From Octopus vulgaris (taxonomy: Eukaryota): 64,000 nucleotides of DNA. Shown in pieces: positions 26,830-41,531 of the stretch. The stretch covers positions 30,318,001 to 30,382,000 of the forward strand of contig OX597834.1 in NCBI GenBank assembly GCA_951406725.2, written 5' to 3'. Under the pieces are notes generated by a model. That model saw nothing but the letters and a program-made list of their open reading frames with translations, was not told where the DNA came from and ran no database searches. Each line of letters starts with the position of its first letter. Position 1 is the first letter of the stretch. The position numbers and the translations under genes were made by a program.

Positions 26830-29800
26830 GAGTTGATATAATAATAATGATGATGATGATAATGATGATGATGATAACAATAATAAAAATTTAAAATTAT
26901 GGCCCAAAGCCTGCACTTTCAAAGGAGGAGGAAAGTTGATTACATCAACCCTAACACCCTACTGGTGCTTATTTTATTGACCCTGATAGGATGAAAGGCA
27001 AAACTGACATTGGTGGAATTTGAAATCAGAATGTCAAGACCCATCCCACAAAGCATTTCGTCCACCACTCTATCAAGTCTGCAAACCCACAAACATCTCT
27101 CTCTCTATATATATATCTATAACAAAAGAGGCAGGGTTGTACTTTTGGTGGGTAATTTGGCGCCAAATTACCCACCAAAAATACAACCCCCACAAGTCAA
27201 AAAGTGCAACTGCCCTAACTGTAGAACTTGCATCTTCCTCTTAGAGGGCTCAACATGCAAATTTAAGTCAGGTCATATCCAACCCAAATAGTCTACCAGT
27301 TTTATGGGCAAATCAACCAGATCTGGTCTCTCACACCTATCCTGCAATGTCATTCTAAAAATAAAACAATCGCATCATTAAAATCTCAAAGTTACAAGGT
27401 AATGTCTGATTAATCCAAAATAATGCGAATAAATATTCAATGCATTTGACAGAATAATCTGAATGCTGCAGAGATAAATAAGAATCCATTCCTTTGTTGA
27501 CTGATACCCCATCCCCACCCCGCCATCTCCACCCATTACAGCAACATAAATAGGAAACCTTCAGCTGTTCCTTCTATGACCATATATGGTATGAGACACA
27601 GTGACACATCAACTTAGTCAAACTAACTGATTGATCTGACAACAGTGGATTAATTCAAAACTCTTGTTGTGGCTGATAATCACCATAGCAACTGTCTATT
27701 TATGATAACGAAATAAACAAACAAACAAAGGCAGACAGGAGAGAGGAGAGAAACGCAACTCAAATAAAGTTACGTAACAAGAACTGAATGTGGGGCAGGG
27801 TGAAGGGTTAAAGAAGATCCATTTTGGAACTGTGAGGTTGCAGGTTCAATTTCATTGCACAGCACTTGTCTTACCTTAGACAAGTGTTTTCTATACTACA
27901 GTGCAGGCCTGGCTGTGTGGCTAAGAAGTTTGCTTCTCAATCACATGGTCTCGGGTTCAGTTCCACTCTTAATGGCTTGTGTTTGTGTGATATGGTTTAG
28001 TTTCAAATCAGTTTTGATTGAGCAAATCTATGGCCAAAGGCTGTGGCCATCCAGCTGTGACCATCTCATCTTCCATTCAGACAGTTTATCTAGGATCACA
28101 TAATTCAATATCATATCCGTTTCAAACAACTAAAACATAAGCTTTCCACTGAGGAAAAAATTTCGCTGCTATTTCTAGCAGATTGACTAACCACTTAAAG
28201 GCTTCCACGTTGGTTTGTAAAAGGTCAGATGGAGTTAAAAGTTTAAAAAATCACTTTAAAACACTTCATATTTCTATGAATGTTGGAGAAATTTAAAGCA
28301 AAATGTTTCTAACAACAGAAGGAGATGAAATCAATAGTTTTCAAATGTCAACAATAATGAATATTGGTTAATTAATATCACCACCATTATCATCATTATC
28401 AGCAGCATCAATGTCATCATCATCATCATCACAGTGGTGAGCTAGAAGAACTGTTAGCATGCTGGGCAAAATGCTTAGCAGTATTCCGTTGGTCGACTTT
28501 GCCTTTCATCCTTTCAGGGTCGATAAATAAAGTACCAGTTACGCACTGGGGTCGATGTAATCGACTTCATCCGTTTGTCTGTCCTTGTTTGTCCCCTCTA
28601 TGTTTAGCTCCTTATGGGTAGTAAAAAAAAAAAAAAAAAAAAAAAAGTATTCCGTTGGTCTTTATGTTCTGAGTTCAATTGTCACTGATGTTGACTTTCC
28701 CTTTCATCCTTTCAGGGTCAATAAAATAAGTACCAGGCAAGTACTGGGGTCGATGTGATTGACTTGTCCCCTCCCACAAAGGCCTGGTGCCTATAGCAGA
28801 AAGGATTATTATCATTAATCAAGGTGGCAAGCTGGAAAGAGTTATTACTACAGCAGACAAAATTCTTAGATTTTCTTTCCAGCTTTCTATGTTCTGAGTT
28901 CAAATTCCCCTAAGGTCACCTTTGAATTTCCTCCATTCAGGGCGAATAGAATATACACCAGTCAAGTGGTGGTGGTGGCGATGGGGGCTCGTCAGTCGAT
29001 GGTATTGATAGGTGGCGAGCTGGCAGAATCGTTAGCATGCCGGGCGAAAAGCTTAGCCGTATTTCGTCTGCCGTTACGTTCTGAGTTCAAATTCTGCCGA
29101 GGTCGACTTTACCGTTCATCCCTTCGGGGTCGATAAATTAAGTACCAGTTACACACTGGGGTCGATGTAATCGACTTAATACCTATGTCTGTCCTTGTTT
29201 GTCCCCTCTGTGTTTAGCCCCTTGTGGGTAATAAAGAAATAGGTATTGATAGGCGGCAAGCTGGCAGAATCATTAGCACGCCGGGCGAAATGCTTAGCCG
29301 TATTTCGTCTGCCGTTACATTCTGAGTTCAAATTCCGCAGAGGTCGACTTTACCTTTCATCCTTTCGGGGTCGATAAATTAAGTACCAGTTACGCACTGG
29401 GGTCAATATAATCGACTTGATCTGTCCGTCCTTGTTTGTAATCTCTGTGTTTAGCCCCTTGTGGGTAGTAAAGAAATAGGTATTCATAGCTCCCTCTCCT
29501 AAAAATTGCTGGCCCTGTGCACCAAAATTAGAAAGAAATCATCGCCGTCATCATTATCACTAAGACAGTGAGAGCTGGTAGAAACATGTTGGAGAAAATG
29601 TTTAATGGCATTTCCTCTGGCTTTTTATGTTCAGAGTTCAAATGCCACTTAATGTCAACACTGCTTTACAAACATTTGGGTTGCATTTGGGAAACACCAG
29701 TTGAGCACAGGGGATAATGTAATCAATTCAAACCTCCCTCTAAAATTGCTGGCCTTGGGCCAAAAATAGAAAGAATTCTTCTTCTTATTATTATTATTAT

Positions 29801-30498
29801 TATATAAGGCAGACACTGGCAGAATCATTAGCACATCGGTCGAAATGTTTAGCAGTATTTCGCCTGCCGTGGTGAGCTGGCAGAAACGTTAACACGCCGG
29901 GCGAAATGCGTAGTCATATTTTCGTCTGCCGTTACGTTCTGAGTTCAAATTCCGCCGAGGTCGACTTTGCCTTTCATCCTTTCGGGGTCGATTAAATAAG
30001 TACCAGTTACGCACAGGGGTCGATATAATCGACTTAATCCGTGTGTCTGTCCTTGTTTGTCCTCTCTGTGTTTAGCCCCTGGTGGGTAGTAAAGAAATAG
30101 GTATTTCGCCTGCCACTGTGTTCTGAGTTCAACTTCCGCTGAAGTCAACTGTGCCTTTCATCCTTTCAGGGTCAATTAAATAAGTACCAGTTATGCACTG
30201 GAGTTGATGTAATTGACTTAATCCCTTCCCCCAAATTTGAGACCTTGTGCTTCCAATAGAAAGAATTATTATTATTATTATTCAGGTGACGATCTGGCAG
30301 AACTGTTAGCACGCTGGGTAAAATGTTTAGCAGTATTTCGCCCATTGCTAGCTACATTCTGAGTTCAAATTCCAACAAAGTTGAAGTATCCTTTCATCTT
30401 TTCGGGGTTGATAAATTAAGTACAAGTTGAACACTGGGGTCAATGTAATCAACTCCTCCCATCCCCAAAATTGCTGTCTTTGTGGAATAATTTGGAAC

Positions 30499-30539
<41 letters not shown>

Positions 30540-31674
30540 GCATATTAGACAAAATGCTTAGCGACATTTCTTCCAGCTCTTTATATTCTAAGTTCAAATA
30601 CCTATTTCTTTATTACCCACAAGGGGCTAAACACAGAGGGGACAAACAAGGACAGACATAGGTATTAAGTCGATTACATCGACCCCAGTGCGTAACTGGC
30701 ACTTAATTTATCGACCCCGAAAGGATGAAAGGTAAAGTCGACCTCGGCGGAATTTGAACTCACAGCGTAATGGCAGACGAAATACCGCTAAGCATTTCGC
30801 CCGGCGTGCTAACGTTTCTGCCAGCTCACCGCCTTGTTCAAATACCTTGTTCTAAGTTCAAATACCACCAAGGTCAACTTAGCCTTTCATCCTTCCAGGG
30901 TCGATAAACTAAAGTACCGATCAAGAACTGGGGGGGAAGAGGGCCAATGGTATCGGCTCCTTCCTTCCCCTCAAAATCACTGTCCCACATATGTAAAGTC
31001 AAGAGGTAGTGTAAACATTTCTAATGTTAAGCCTTTTTAACAAAGTACTCGACATTTTCGAATAATTTCATTAAACTCGTAGATTGTAAGGTTAAAGGTG
31101 GGGGGAGGAGCAATAATAAAAAAAAAATATCACAAAAACAAAACAAAAAGCTTTCTAGTGAATGAAAACCAATTTCATTTCAATAAATATTGATTTCTTT
31201 CTGACACGGAATCAATATTTATTCCTAGATTTCGTTTTAATAATTAGGAAAGGGAGAAAATTTAGTGAGACGAAGGAAGAGATTGTTGTTGTTGTTGCTG
31301 TTATCATAATCATCCTCATCATCATCCTCATCATTATATAAAGACTTCTTTGCTATGCTTGCATGGGTCAAATGAAATCTGTTGAGGCAGATTTTCTCTG
31401 GTCAGTTGCTCTTCCTGTGGCCAACCTTCACCTATTTCCAAAGATATTTACCCCATCGAGGCTAAACATGTTTTTTTTTTATGGAAGATTATCATTTGCA
31501 ACTATCACATAATGTCATGGGTAACACACACACATCCATGCAGTTATCCAATCCATGCCAGCATGGAAAACAAGCATTAACTGATGATGATGATAATGAT
31601 ATATGCATATATATGTGTATGCACACCCACCCACACACAAGTGTTTTCTGGTGTGTGTGTGAGTGTGTGTGTGA

Positions 31675-31719
<45 letters not shown>

Positions 31720-31875
31720 TAAATTAGAGATAAAACCACTATTAGGCAAATCAAACAATGAAAAACTTAAGCCAATACATAAAATTAATCAATTTATATT
31801 ATTTTAAATATATATCAAAAGTATTAAAAGTTTAATAAAAGATAATGAGTATATATATATATATATATATATATA

Positions 31876-31965
31876 CAGTATTCATTTGACTATTACAGGT
31901 GTTTCGTTCCAAAATCCCCCCGAGATAGGTGAAAATCCGCAAAGTAGAAACAGTACTATACTGTA
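31876..31965 (+). mobile_element. Tigger/pogo-like DNA transposon end
   Basis: TA|CAGTATTC...ttcgttccaaaatcccccgagataggtgaaaatccgc resembles Tigger/MER2-type termini; the other end was not found. Confidence 0.4.
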
Positions 31966-32803
31966 TATTTTTTTCTCACCTTTATAATTTGTATATATTT
32001 TACAAATGCAAAACAACACCACAAAGGACTCAACCTAAGTCTAAATAATAAACCAAGATATGACGAGGGGGTAACGGTATTTGTTTATCGTTTGCTTGCT
32101 TGTCATTGGACTGTGTCTCTGCCGAGGTCCTGCCTAGATGATGTCAATGCCTACGTAGAAGGTAGTAGTGGGTGCAAGACCATCTGACCTAAATGCCAGC
32201 AACTGTTTCCGGATGTTCATAAGAGCCTCATGCACATTGAACTACTAGAGATTTACAGTTAGGCAAGAGTTGCCAAAGATAACCAGCCAGGAAATGGTTC
32301 ATAAGATCTGAAGTGAAGGTCTTTCCGTAAATCAAAATCAAAAAAAAATAATAATAAAAAATTGAATCAATGCCTTCTTTGTTGTCCTCAGAATCACAAG
32401 ACAGGAAGTTGCTGAATCATCTTGTCAAACAACAAACATTTTAATAAATCAATGAGGTAGCCCAGCCTCTATATTCTCACTTCACTCGCTAGATATAACA
32501 GCCTATTTCCCCCTAAAACCATACCCGTCATCATCGTTATGTAATGTCTACTGTTGCATGAGTCACATGGAGTTTATTGAGGAAGATTTTTGACATTTTG
32601 ATACTCATTTTGGTCACCAACCCTCACCTGTTTCCAAGTAAGGTGATATTTCACCATATGGTCAAGAAGCTCATTTTGCAACCATGTGATTTTGGGTTCA
32701 GTTCCAGTGCATGGTACCTTGGGCAAATGTCTTCTACTATATCCTTATGCTGACTAATGCCTCAAGAGAGAATTTGCGAGATGGAAACTGTGTGGAAACC
32801 CAT

Positions 32804-32862
<59 letters not shown>

Positions 32863-32906
32863 GAATAGTAAAGAGTAAGTTCTTGGTACAGTATTATAGA
32901 CATTTA

Positions 32907-33041
32907 AAAGAATGAGTAGAGATGGTTTTTTTGAGGGGATAATTTTTATTCTAATCTTAATAATAATGTTTACAGTGAATATTATTATCAAGATTAAAAT
33001 AAAAATTATCCCCTTAAAAAAGCCATCTCTACTCATTCTTT
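32907..33041. repeat. 66-bp-arm inverted repeat with 3-nt loop
   Basis: aaagaatgagtagagatgg...ccatctctactcattcttt; six mismatches, all transitions. Confidence 0.9.
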
Positions 33042-35690
33042 CAAAGAAAGATAGATTTGTGTATGTTTTTTTGTTTGTCTCCCATCCCATTGTTTGACAA
33101 CCAGCATTAGTTTGTTTACATCTACATAACTTAGCTGTTTGGCAAAAAAACAAAAAAACAACAACAAAAAAACTGCTACAAAAAGTACCACACTTTAAAA
33201 AAGAAAAAAAGTACAGGGGTTCATTTGTTCGACTAAACCCTGCAAGGCAGTGCCCCAGCATGGCCGCTTGGGCACTGCTTTGAAACAAGTAAAAGATTAG
33301 AGATGTGTTCCTGTTGAGAATCAGAGCAGAGCAATATAATTATTTAGATGAAAATTTATGATTCTAAATTAAATCGATACTTTCCACAGAAATACCATCT
33401 CCATTACAATACTAAGAACTTCAACAATCTATTAAATACCATTGTGACTCACTACAAAAATTCAAAAATAATTTAATTCAATTTCATACCACAGAAAATA
33501 GCAGCCACACAGACAGAATATATGGGCGTTTTTACAAGAATCTGAATAACAAGGAGTTTTTTTGGGGGTTTTTTTTCTTCTTTTAATCATAAAATGGAAG
33601 AGCAAAAAAGATAAAACAGTGAAAATTACAAAAAAGAAAACACCCCACTTATTAATAGAATATTTTAATCTGAAAATGTTATCAAATATAGCTTATAGAC
33701 TCGCTTCTACAAAGTAAGAGCAATAGAGAAGACAAGAACAGCAGTCATTTGCATTTTAATCTATTCTTAGTAAATTTATGTTAATCCTCTGTTAAATCTT
33801 CTCATACGTTCCAAAGTCTGTCTCACAATGGTGCCAATGCAAAGCTGATGTATTTTAGGGATATTAAACATGAGATTTATTTTGTTAATGAAACTCTTGA
33901 CAACCTAATTATATAGTGGCTATTGGGCAGAGGGGAGGATCAGAATTGGTGTGCTAGATCCTTGGATGCTGTAAAGATTGACTAAAAGGACTGACAATAG
34001 CATCTGACAGAAAAAAAAAAAAAACATTGCCTCAAAAAAGTGGGGGAGAAAAAAAAAGAAAACTATTGAGTATGAAATCAGATGGGGCTTCCCATATTGC
34101 TAATCCTCACTTCAATAAGTAAAAGCAGCTTTAAAACCCTATTTTGATTAATTATTATTTTTATTTAAGTAGTGAAATGGTAGAATCATTAGCACACCAG
34201 ACAAAATGCTTAGCAACATTTCATCTGTCTTTATGTTCTGAGTTAAAATTCAAGTGAGGTTAACTTTGCCTATATCCTTCTGGCGTCAAAATAAGTAAGA
34301 ACCCTCCCTTTTTTGACCAGGCCCCCGTTGGCTTTTATGAGTTTTTTCCACCAGGAACCTTTTGGGAGATTTTAATTGTTATAATCTTTCGTTGTTAAAC
34401 TGTTTTTACTCGGATTTTTCACAAACGGACAAAACCCTTTGTAACCTTTCATCCTGTTTTGTCCCTTTATGTGATAATTGATTTTTGTCAGCCCTTGTGG
34501 CCAATAAAAGAATTAATTATTATTATTATTGTATGTTCCAGTTTTTTTAGGCGGTGAAGTGGCAGAATTGTTAGCATGGTGGATGAAATGCTGAACGGTA
34601 TTTCACCTATCGCTCCATTCTGAGTTCAAATTCTGTTGAGGCCACCCCAACAAAATGAATGTGGGAGGCATTGCTTTCTTTAGTTCTTGAGACAACCAAG
34701 TGCTAACAACGGAATTTGTAGGATGTTGCTTGACATGCTAAAAACAAGAGCTAAACTTCTAAGAAATATAAACATACCATCTTAAAATGACGAAGGAAAC
34801 GTGTAGACATTAGATTGTAGGACTCCTTGGTAAACTATGCCTTTGGAAAAAAGGACAGAATTATCAATGCACATACCCTTTTGATTATAGGTCAGCAAGC
34901 TGGCAGAATTGTTAACAAATCAGACAAACATTCTGAGCAGCATTTCATGTGACTCATTACATTCTGAGTTCAAATCCTGCCTGGATCAACTTTGCCCTCC
35001 ATCTGTTTCTTTTTTTTGGGGGGGGGGGTGATTAAATAAGTAGCAGTTGAGCACTGGGGTTGATGTAATCGCTTTCCCCCATCCCACCCCATTCTCTCGA
35101 GATTGCTTGCATGGAGCCAGAATTAAAAAAGAAAACTTATAGGTCAGCTCAATCAGAGCTGTCTGACCCAGGGCTATAAACATTACCAACACCACAGCAA
35201 TAACAAGCAAGAATTTATGTACATCGGTTTGTTTATGCTAGTCTATACTGGGAGACTCTTTGATACAATGAATTTGACATTTAAAAAAACCAAAACCAAA
35301 ACAAACAAAAAGACATCAATCTGATGCAAGAGCAGCTGGTGCATCATTCTGCAGAGCAGATGCATTCTTCTGCAAAGCATAACTGAGCATTGCTGCAGAA
35401 TATTGTATCAGTTTCTGAGAAAGAAAGAAAAAGAAGTGGAGGGGAGGGGGGATCTCCCCCACCCCCTAAAGGAACAAGAAATGTTGAAGTAAGAGAAGCT
35501 TATAGAAGACATCATTACACGGTTATTATTAGACAGGAACTGCAAAGGAAAGGGAAAGAAAGGAACACAACTCTAAATATAGTCCAGCAGCAGCAGCAGC
35601 AGAAGATTTACATAGAATGAGCAGGCAGCAAGACACACCCAATAGCAGAATTCTGTCAGTCAGGATTTCGCGCGTGTGTGTGTGTATGTG

Positions 35691-35737
<47 letters not shown>

Positions 35738-35970
35738 TCTTTTACTTGTTTCAGTCATTTTGACTGCGGCCATGCTGGAGCACCGCCTTTAATCGAGCAA
35801 CTCGACCCCGGGACTTATTCTTTTGTAAGCCCAGTACTTTTTTCTATCGGTCTCTTTTGCCGAACTGCTAAGTGACGGGGACATAAACATACCAGCATCG
35901 GTTGTCAAGCGATGCTAGGGGGACAAACACAGACACACAAACATACATGCACACACACACACACACACAC

Positions 35971-36017
<47 letters not shown>

Positions 36018-37953
36018 TACGATGGGCTTCTTTCAGTTTCCGTCTACCAAATCTACTCACAAGGCTTTGGTCGGCCCGAGGCTAGAGTAGAAGACACTTG
36101 CGCAAGGTGTCACGCAGTAGGACTGAACTTGGAACCATGTGGTTGGTCAGCAAGCTACTTACTACACAGCCACTCCTGCGCCTATATGTATATTTCTTTT
36201 CTAAATTAATAAAGTATTTGTTAAAACCTGTCCCTCTTGTGTTGCCTTTCACTTTATGTTGATTACACACACACACACACATTATCATCATTATTTAATG
36301 TCTGTTGTCCCTGCTGGAATGGATTGGTCAAACTGATCAGAGCTGGCAAGCTGGAAGGCTGCACCACACTCCAGTCTGATTTGGCATGGTTTTCTATGAC
36401 TGGATGCCCTTCCTAATGCCAACCACTCTGAGAGTGTAATGGGTGCTTTTACCTGTCATGGGCACGGGTACCATTTGCAGAACACCAGTATCTGCCATGA
36501 CTGCAATTTTACTTGGCTTGATGGGTCTTCTACTCAAGCATGATATAATGCCAAGATCTTGGTCATTCATCATTCCACCCATTGGTTCTTTTTAGTTATC
36601 TCCCTTAATTCGTTTTATTTATTTTTAATTACATTCGTTATTTTTAAGTGTATGTCCTTTCAATTTTTAGTATATGTGTGTGTGCGCACACTTGTGCATG
36701 CATGCGTGTAAGTTATTTTTACATTAGTAAAAATGAAAATGTATTCTCCACCCATAACTGAATTTGTTTGCGTAATATATGAGAGTGTGGGGGCAGATGG
36801 GTTTTGGAAAAAAAGGAGAGGGTGAGAGGAAGAGGATGTGAGAGAGGAAGGGTGGTAGTGAAAAGTGTTCGAGGGAGGGAAGTGGAAAAAGAAAAAGAGA
36901 GAAATTGAATTTGATACTGTTTGCAGAAAAAGAAAAATAAGTCTTTACATCTTAAGAACAAGAAGGATGGCTGCCAATTAGACACGCTTGTACATGTTTA
37001 CAATGAGTGAAAGCTTGGCATTGAGGAGGGGCAAGTGTGTAATTCCTGTTTCAAGAACAATGTGTTGACATGGGATGGCGGTATTTCTCAAAATAACCCC
37101 CACCATACAGCCCATCTCACCCTGTCATCAAATTGTTTTGTTTCCTTGCTCTTGAAGAGTAGAACAGGCAGGAAAAACAAAAAAGGACAAATAGGCATCA
37201 TTCTAAGAGCTAACTGAGGGTATCTCTCATGTCAATTGATTTGCTAGCAATAGCAGTCAAATTCCATTCAAACCACTCTGAGACAGCACATTAGGTCATG
37301 TAGTTCCAGGTGTTGTCTAAAAAGGTGAGGGGGCACAACAGATAAAATAGTCCTAGATAGACTTAGGTCAGTCATGAGCCCAAGGACTCATGAGCCTGAA
37401 AGTTAACCCAGCTTCCCTGTCATGTAAATTCTTGAGATGACAACGTTCCCCTCATGGATGGGATGCCAGTCCATCACAGAGTTAACTTCCCAGATATTTC
37501 TTATAACTCATTTACTGTTGAGTGGACTGGAGTTAGTGTGAAATGAAGTGTTTTTCTCAAGAATATAATACACTGCCCAGTCCAGGAACCAAAACCACAA
37601 GCTTACAACACTAGGCTAAGTGCCTTCACAGTGCTTGAAAAAAAATAGATGAGTTGGGCACATCTGGAACAGCTTCAATTACACAGCAGCTAAATCAGTA
37701 TTGGCTAGATCTATATTGGAAATATTTTGAATAAAATATCTTTCCTTTCCTTGCAAACTGAGCTTGTGAACCCTTTTGTCATCATATTTCAGTTTGAATA
37801 CACCAACTCTGTTTCAATCAATTTTCAAAACTAACGAAGAATTAACTTTGTCAATTAAACTGATATTTCAGAAAATAGGTGAACATGAAATTTTGAGGGA
37901 TAGTTTTATTTCAGTCCCTTTAAAAGAGAACTAGGATTGGTCTTAGGTTAAAG

Positions 37954-38229
37954 CAGTGGTTCTCAACAGAGGTCCACATGACTCTTGGAGGGGATCCACA
38001 TGACTCTTGGAGAGGATCCAAAGAAAATTTTGTGGCTAAAATTTGTCCAATAAATTTAATATACTTCTACAATACACAAAATATTTTAATCTTTATATAA
38101 AATTCCAACTAATATTTAATTTTAAAAATATAATAGGATGTTTTTATGCATTGAACGACTATGGGAATCCAGTGGAGTAAAATAAGAATCAATGTGGGTC
38201 CATAGGAAGGAAATGGTTAAGGAACCTTG
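37954..38229. mobile_element. hAT/Charlie-type MITE
   Basis: CAGTGGTTCTCAAC...GTTAAGGAACCTTG; imperfect 8-bp TSD ggttaaag / ggttgaaa. Confidence 0.6.
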
Positions 38230-39339
38230 GGTTGAAAGAAGCCTGTGACTAAAATTGAACTCAAGAGCCAGGAATGAAAACAAAAGAAAAATGACACACA
38301 CATGGCTAAGGTGCACGTGTGGCCATGCAGTTATGAACTTTCCATGTTAACCACATGGTTTCAGGTTCAATCCTACTGCATAGCACCTTAGGCAAATACA
38401 GACATGGACACACATATATATAAATAGACAGAGATACATATGTGTGTGTGTGTGTGTGTGTGTACATAAGGAAATGGCACAACACTCATTTGGATAATTT
38501 GTAACAACACTTTGCTATCAACTCCATCAATCTCACCAGGCTTGGAAGAAGAGGAGGAGGACCTGTAAAGGTCAGAACAGGCACTTCCCCCCTCCTACTT
38601 CCCCACCCTGACTAAAAAAATAAAAAAATAAAAGAAAAGTAACTATAAATATTTAGACAATTCAGACAAGGAAATAAAAAAAAAAAAAATGAAATAAAAA
38701 TGAAATAAAATAAAATAAAATAAAAAACTAGGTTAATGAAGTGGAAATAACAGGCAACCACTTTGCAGAGGTAAACAAGATGATGATGATGCTGATAATA
38801 ATAATAATAATAATAAGTATTTTTTATATACAGGAGGAGGAAGAGATGATGATGATGATGATGATGATGATTGACGTTTACAACAACCGAAGAGTAAAAG
38901 AGACAGACATGTTTTAAGTTCCTTTTTTGCAGACTCCTTAATATAGAGGGCTTCTATGTGTTCAGTCATGACCTGCTAGAAATACCAGCTGTATTTCCTA
39001 AAAACCACCATCTACTACAGCCACAAGCAACTTTTTTTTTTGAGAAGCAGGCCATAAGAGACATGACTACAATGCTAAAAAGATTTGGGGTCATTTTTCA
39101 CTTAGGGTTACGCGTGCTATTCAGGAAGAAGTGCCCTGGGCCACAGTTTGCGCATGACCAATCTTATTGGAAACAGTGTGGCTGTGTGGTAAGTAGCTTG
39201 CTAACCAACCACATGGTTCCGGGTTCAGTCCCACTGCATGGCATCTTGGGCAAGTGTCTTCTGCTATAGCCCCGGGCCGACCAAAGCCTTGTGAGTGGAT
39301 TTGGTAGACGGAAACTGAAAGAAGCCTGTCGTATATATG

Positions 39340-39372
<33 letters not shown>

Positions 39373-40504
39373 CTGTCCCCCTAGCATTGCTTGACAACAG
39401 ATGCTGGTGTGTTTACGTCCCCGTCACTTAGCGGTTCTGCAAAAGAGAGACCGATAAAATAAGTACTGGGCTTACAAAGAATAAGTCCCAGGGTCGATTT
39501 GCTCGACTAAAAAGGCGGTGCTCCAGTATGGCCGCAGTCAAATGACTGAAACAAGTAAAAGAGTAAAAAAGAGAGTGTACCCAGGGTGAAGGGGTGGGGG
39601 GGAAAGAAAACAGGACGGTAATTGTTAGACTGTCTCTGATCATAAGGGAAGCTAGTTGATCAGGACTGGCCTGGGGCTATAAAACAACACCAATAACAAG
39701 TGACAGCCTGGGTCAAAAGGGAGTGCCTACAACAGTCTTTCTCAACCTTCTTTTTGACCCTGCTGTCCTACTTTGGCTCAAAAAGAAAGAAAAACCCACG
39801 TCCGATCAAAGAGATTGTACACTCCTCAAATCTGTAATCTCTATGTATTTTGCATAAATTTACATATTTACATATTGATGTCAGACACTCCAAACAAAGA
39901 TCTCTTGAACACATCTGTGTATTGCAATTATCTTCATCTTTTATGTATGTGCATGGCCTGGCTCTCCTCCATCAGTCAGGACAACCAGTGTTCCAGCTGA
40001 TTCAATCAACTAAACAGTCTGCTTGTGAAATTAACATGCAAGTGGCTGAGTACTCCACAGACGCATACCTTTAATGTAGTTCTCAGAGAGAACTACTGGC
40101 CCCTTTGAAATTACAGGTACAACTCATTCTTGCCAGCTGAATGGACTGGAGCATTGTGAAATGAAGGGTCTTGCTCAAGGACACAACACACTACTAGAAT
40201 CTGAATTCACAGCGTTACCATTGTGAGTGGAATACCCTAACCACTGAGCTATGCACCTCCACACGTGCCAGGGGGAATGTCTATCTTTTACTTGTTCTGG
40301 TCTTTCAAATGTAGAGACTGCCTTGAAAGATTTAGTCAAAAAAAAAAATTAAAATATCAACCTCAGTATTTACTTATTTAAGTCTGATACTATGTCCTTA
40401 TATGTCATAAAAGGGGACTGAAGGGTCGATGAAGGAAATAGCATCTGGTCATAAAACACTACCTTAGTGGGGGGGGGGGGGACCACCCAACTTGTAATTA
40501 GTTA

Positions 40505-41531
40505 CTCAATCCCTTTTTCCCACCCCCATGGAGCAAAGGCCATCAACAACTTTTCTCCATTTTCAGCTGTCTTTACTGCTTCTCGCTCTCAGGTTAAATA
40601 TCTGCTTTTTTCAGCTCTACCTGAGTATCCTGCCCCCAGCTATTTTTAGGGCACCCAACCTACCACCTCCCTCGTGGGTTCCAAGTCAGAGCTTCCCTAA
40701 ATGAAGGCCTTCCTCTACCAGGTTTTGTTGGGCCTGAATCGTCACCATCGCTTCTGAAACCTTTTGTCTAGGTGGACATGTTGACCTTATGCAAACCCAT
40801 TTTTGCCATTGGGAAGAGGTCCATATTAGGCTGACCTCTATATTTTGATCTCTCCACATGGTGGTGGTAGGTATCACCTACCAAGGGTTTGCACTCTGTA
40901 GGTGAAGCAGTCAGGATCACTGAGGCACACAATCCACATGCAACAAACAACAAAGACTGGTCCTTGTGATGGTTTCGATCTATGCCAGTATGAAAAAGTG
41001 GGTCATCTTTTCTATTTCTCTCCAACTGGATCCCTACTTTTCCAACTCTGCTTCAATATCCCATTTCCAGCCATTTACTTTTAGGTCATCCTCTCTTCTG
41101 CCTCCCTTGTGAGTTCCAAGTCAGGTCCTGATGAGTCATATCCTTCCCTAAAGAAAAGCCTTTTCCTCCCTGGTCTTGTTAGTTATAAATTGTTACCAAT
41201 TCTTCTATAACTTTGCTGTTTTTCCAGGTGGAGGTGTCGGCCCAACACAAACCCATTTTTACCTTTGGGAAGAGCTGGTCCATATTAATCTGGCCTCTGA
41301 CCTGTCCAGCTTGGGAGGAAGCCCTACCAGGAATTGTGCACCATTGGCACAGCTATCAGGGCCATTGTGACACATGTTCTATCACACTACCTGAGTATCC
41401 TGCCTCCAAGCTATTTTTAGGGCATCCTACCTACCACCTCCCTTGTGGGTTCCAAGTCAGGGCTTCCCTAAAGGAAGGCCTGCCTCTACCAGGTTTTGTT
41501 GGGCCTGAATCGTCACCGTCGCTTCTGAAAC
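40505..41531 (-). mobile_element. Rearranged RTE-clade LINE 3' remnants
   Basis: Three fragments translate like (A)LTWNPQGR..RG.PK..W; 40617-40760 is duplicated at ~41387-41531. Confidence 0.65.

Noticed and set aside
31712-31850. AT-rich insert between TA runs as another hammerhead element
   Set aside because: Context fits, but no ribozyme core is visible.
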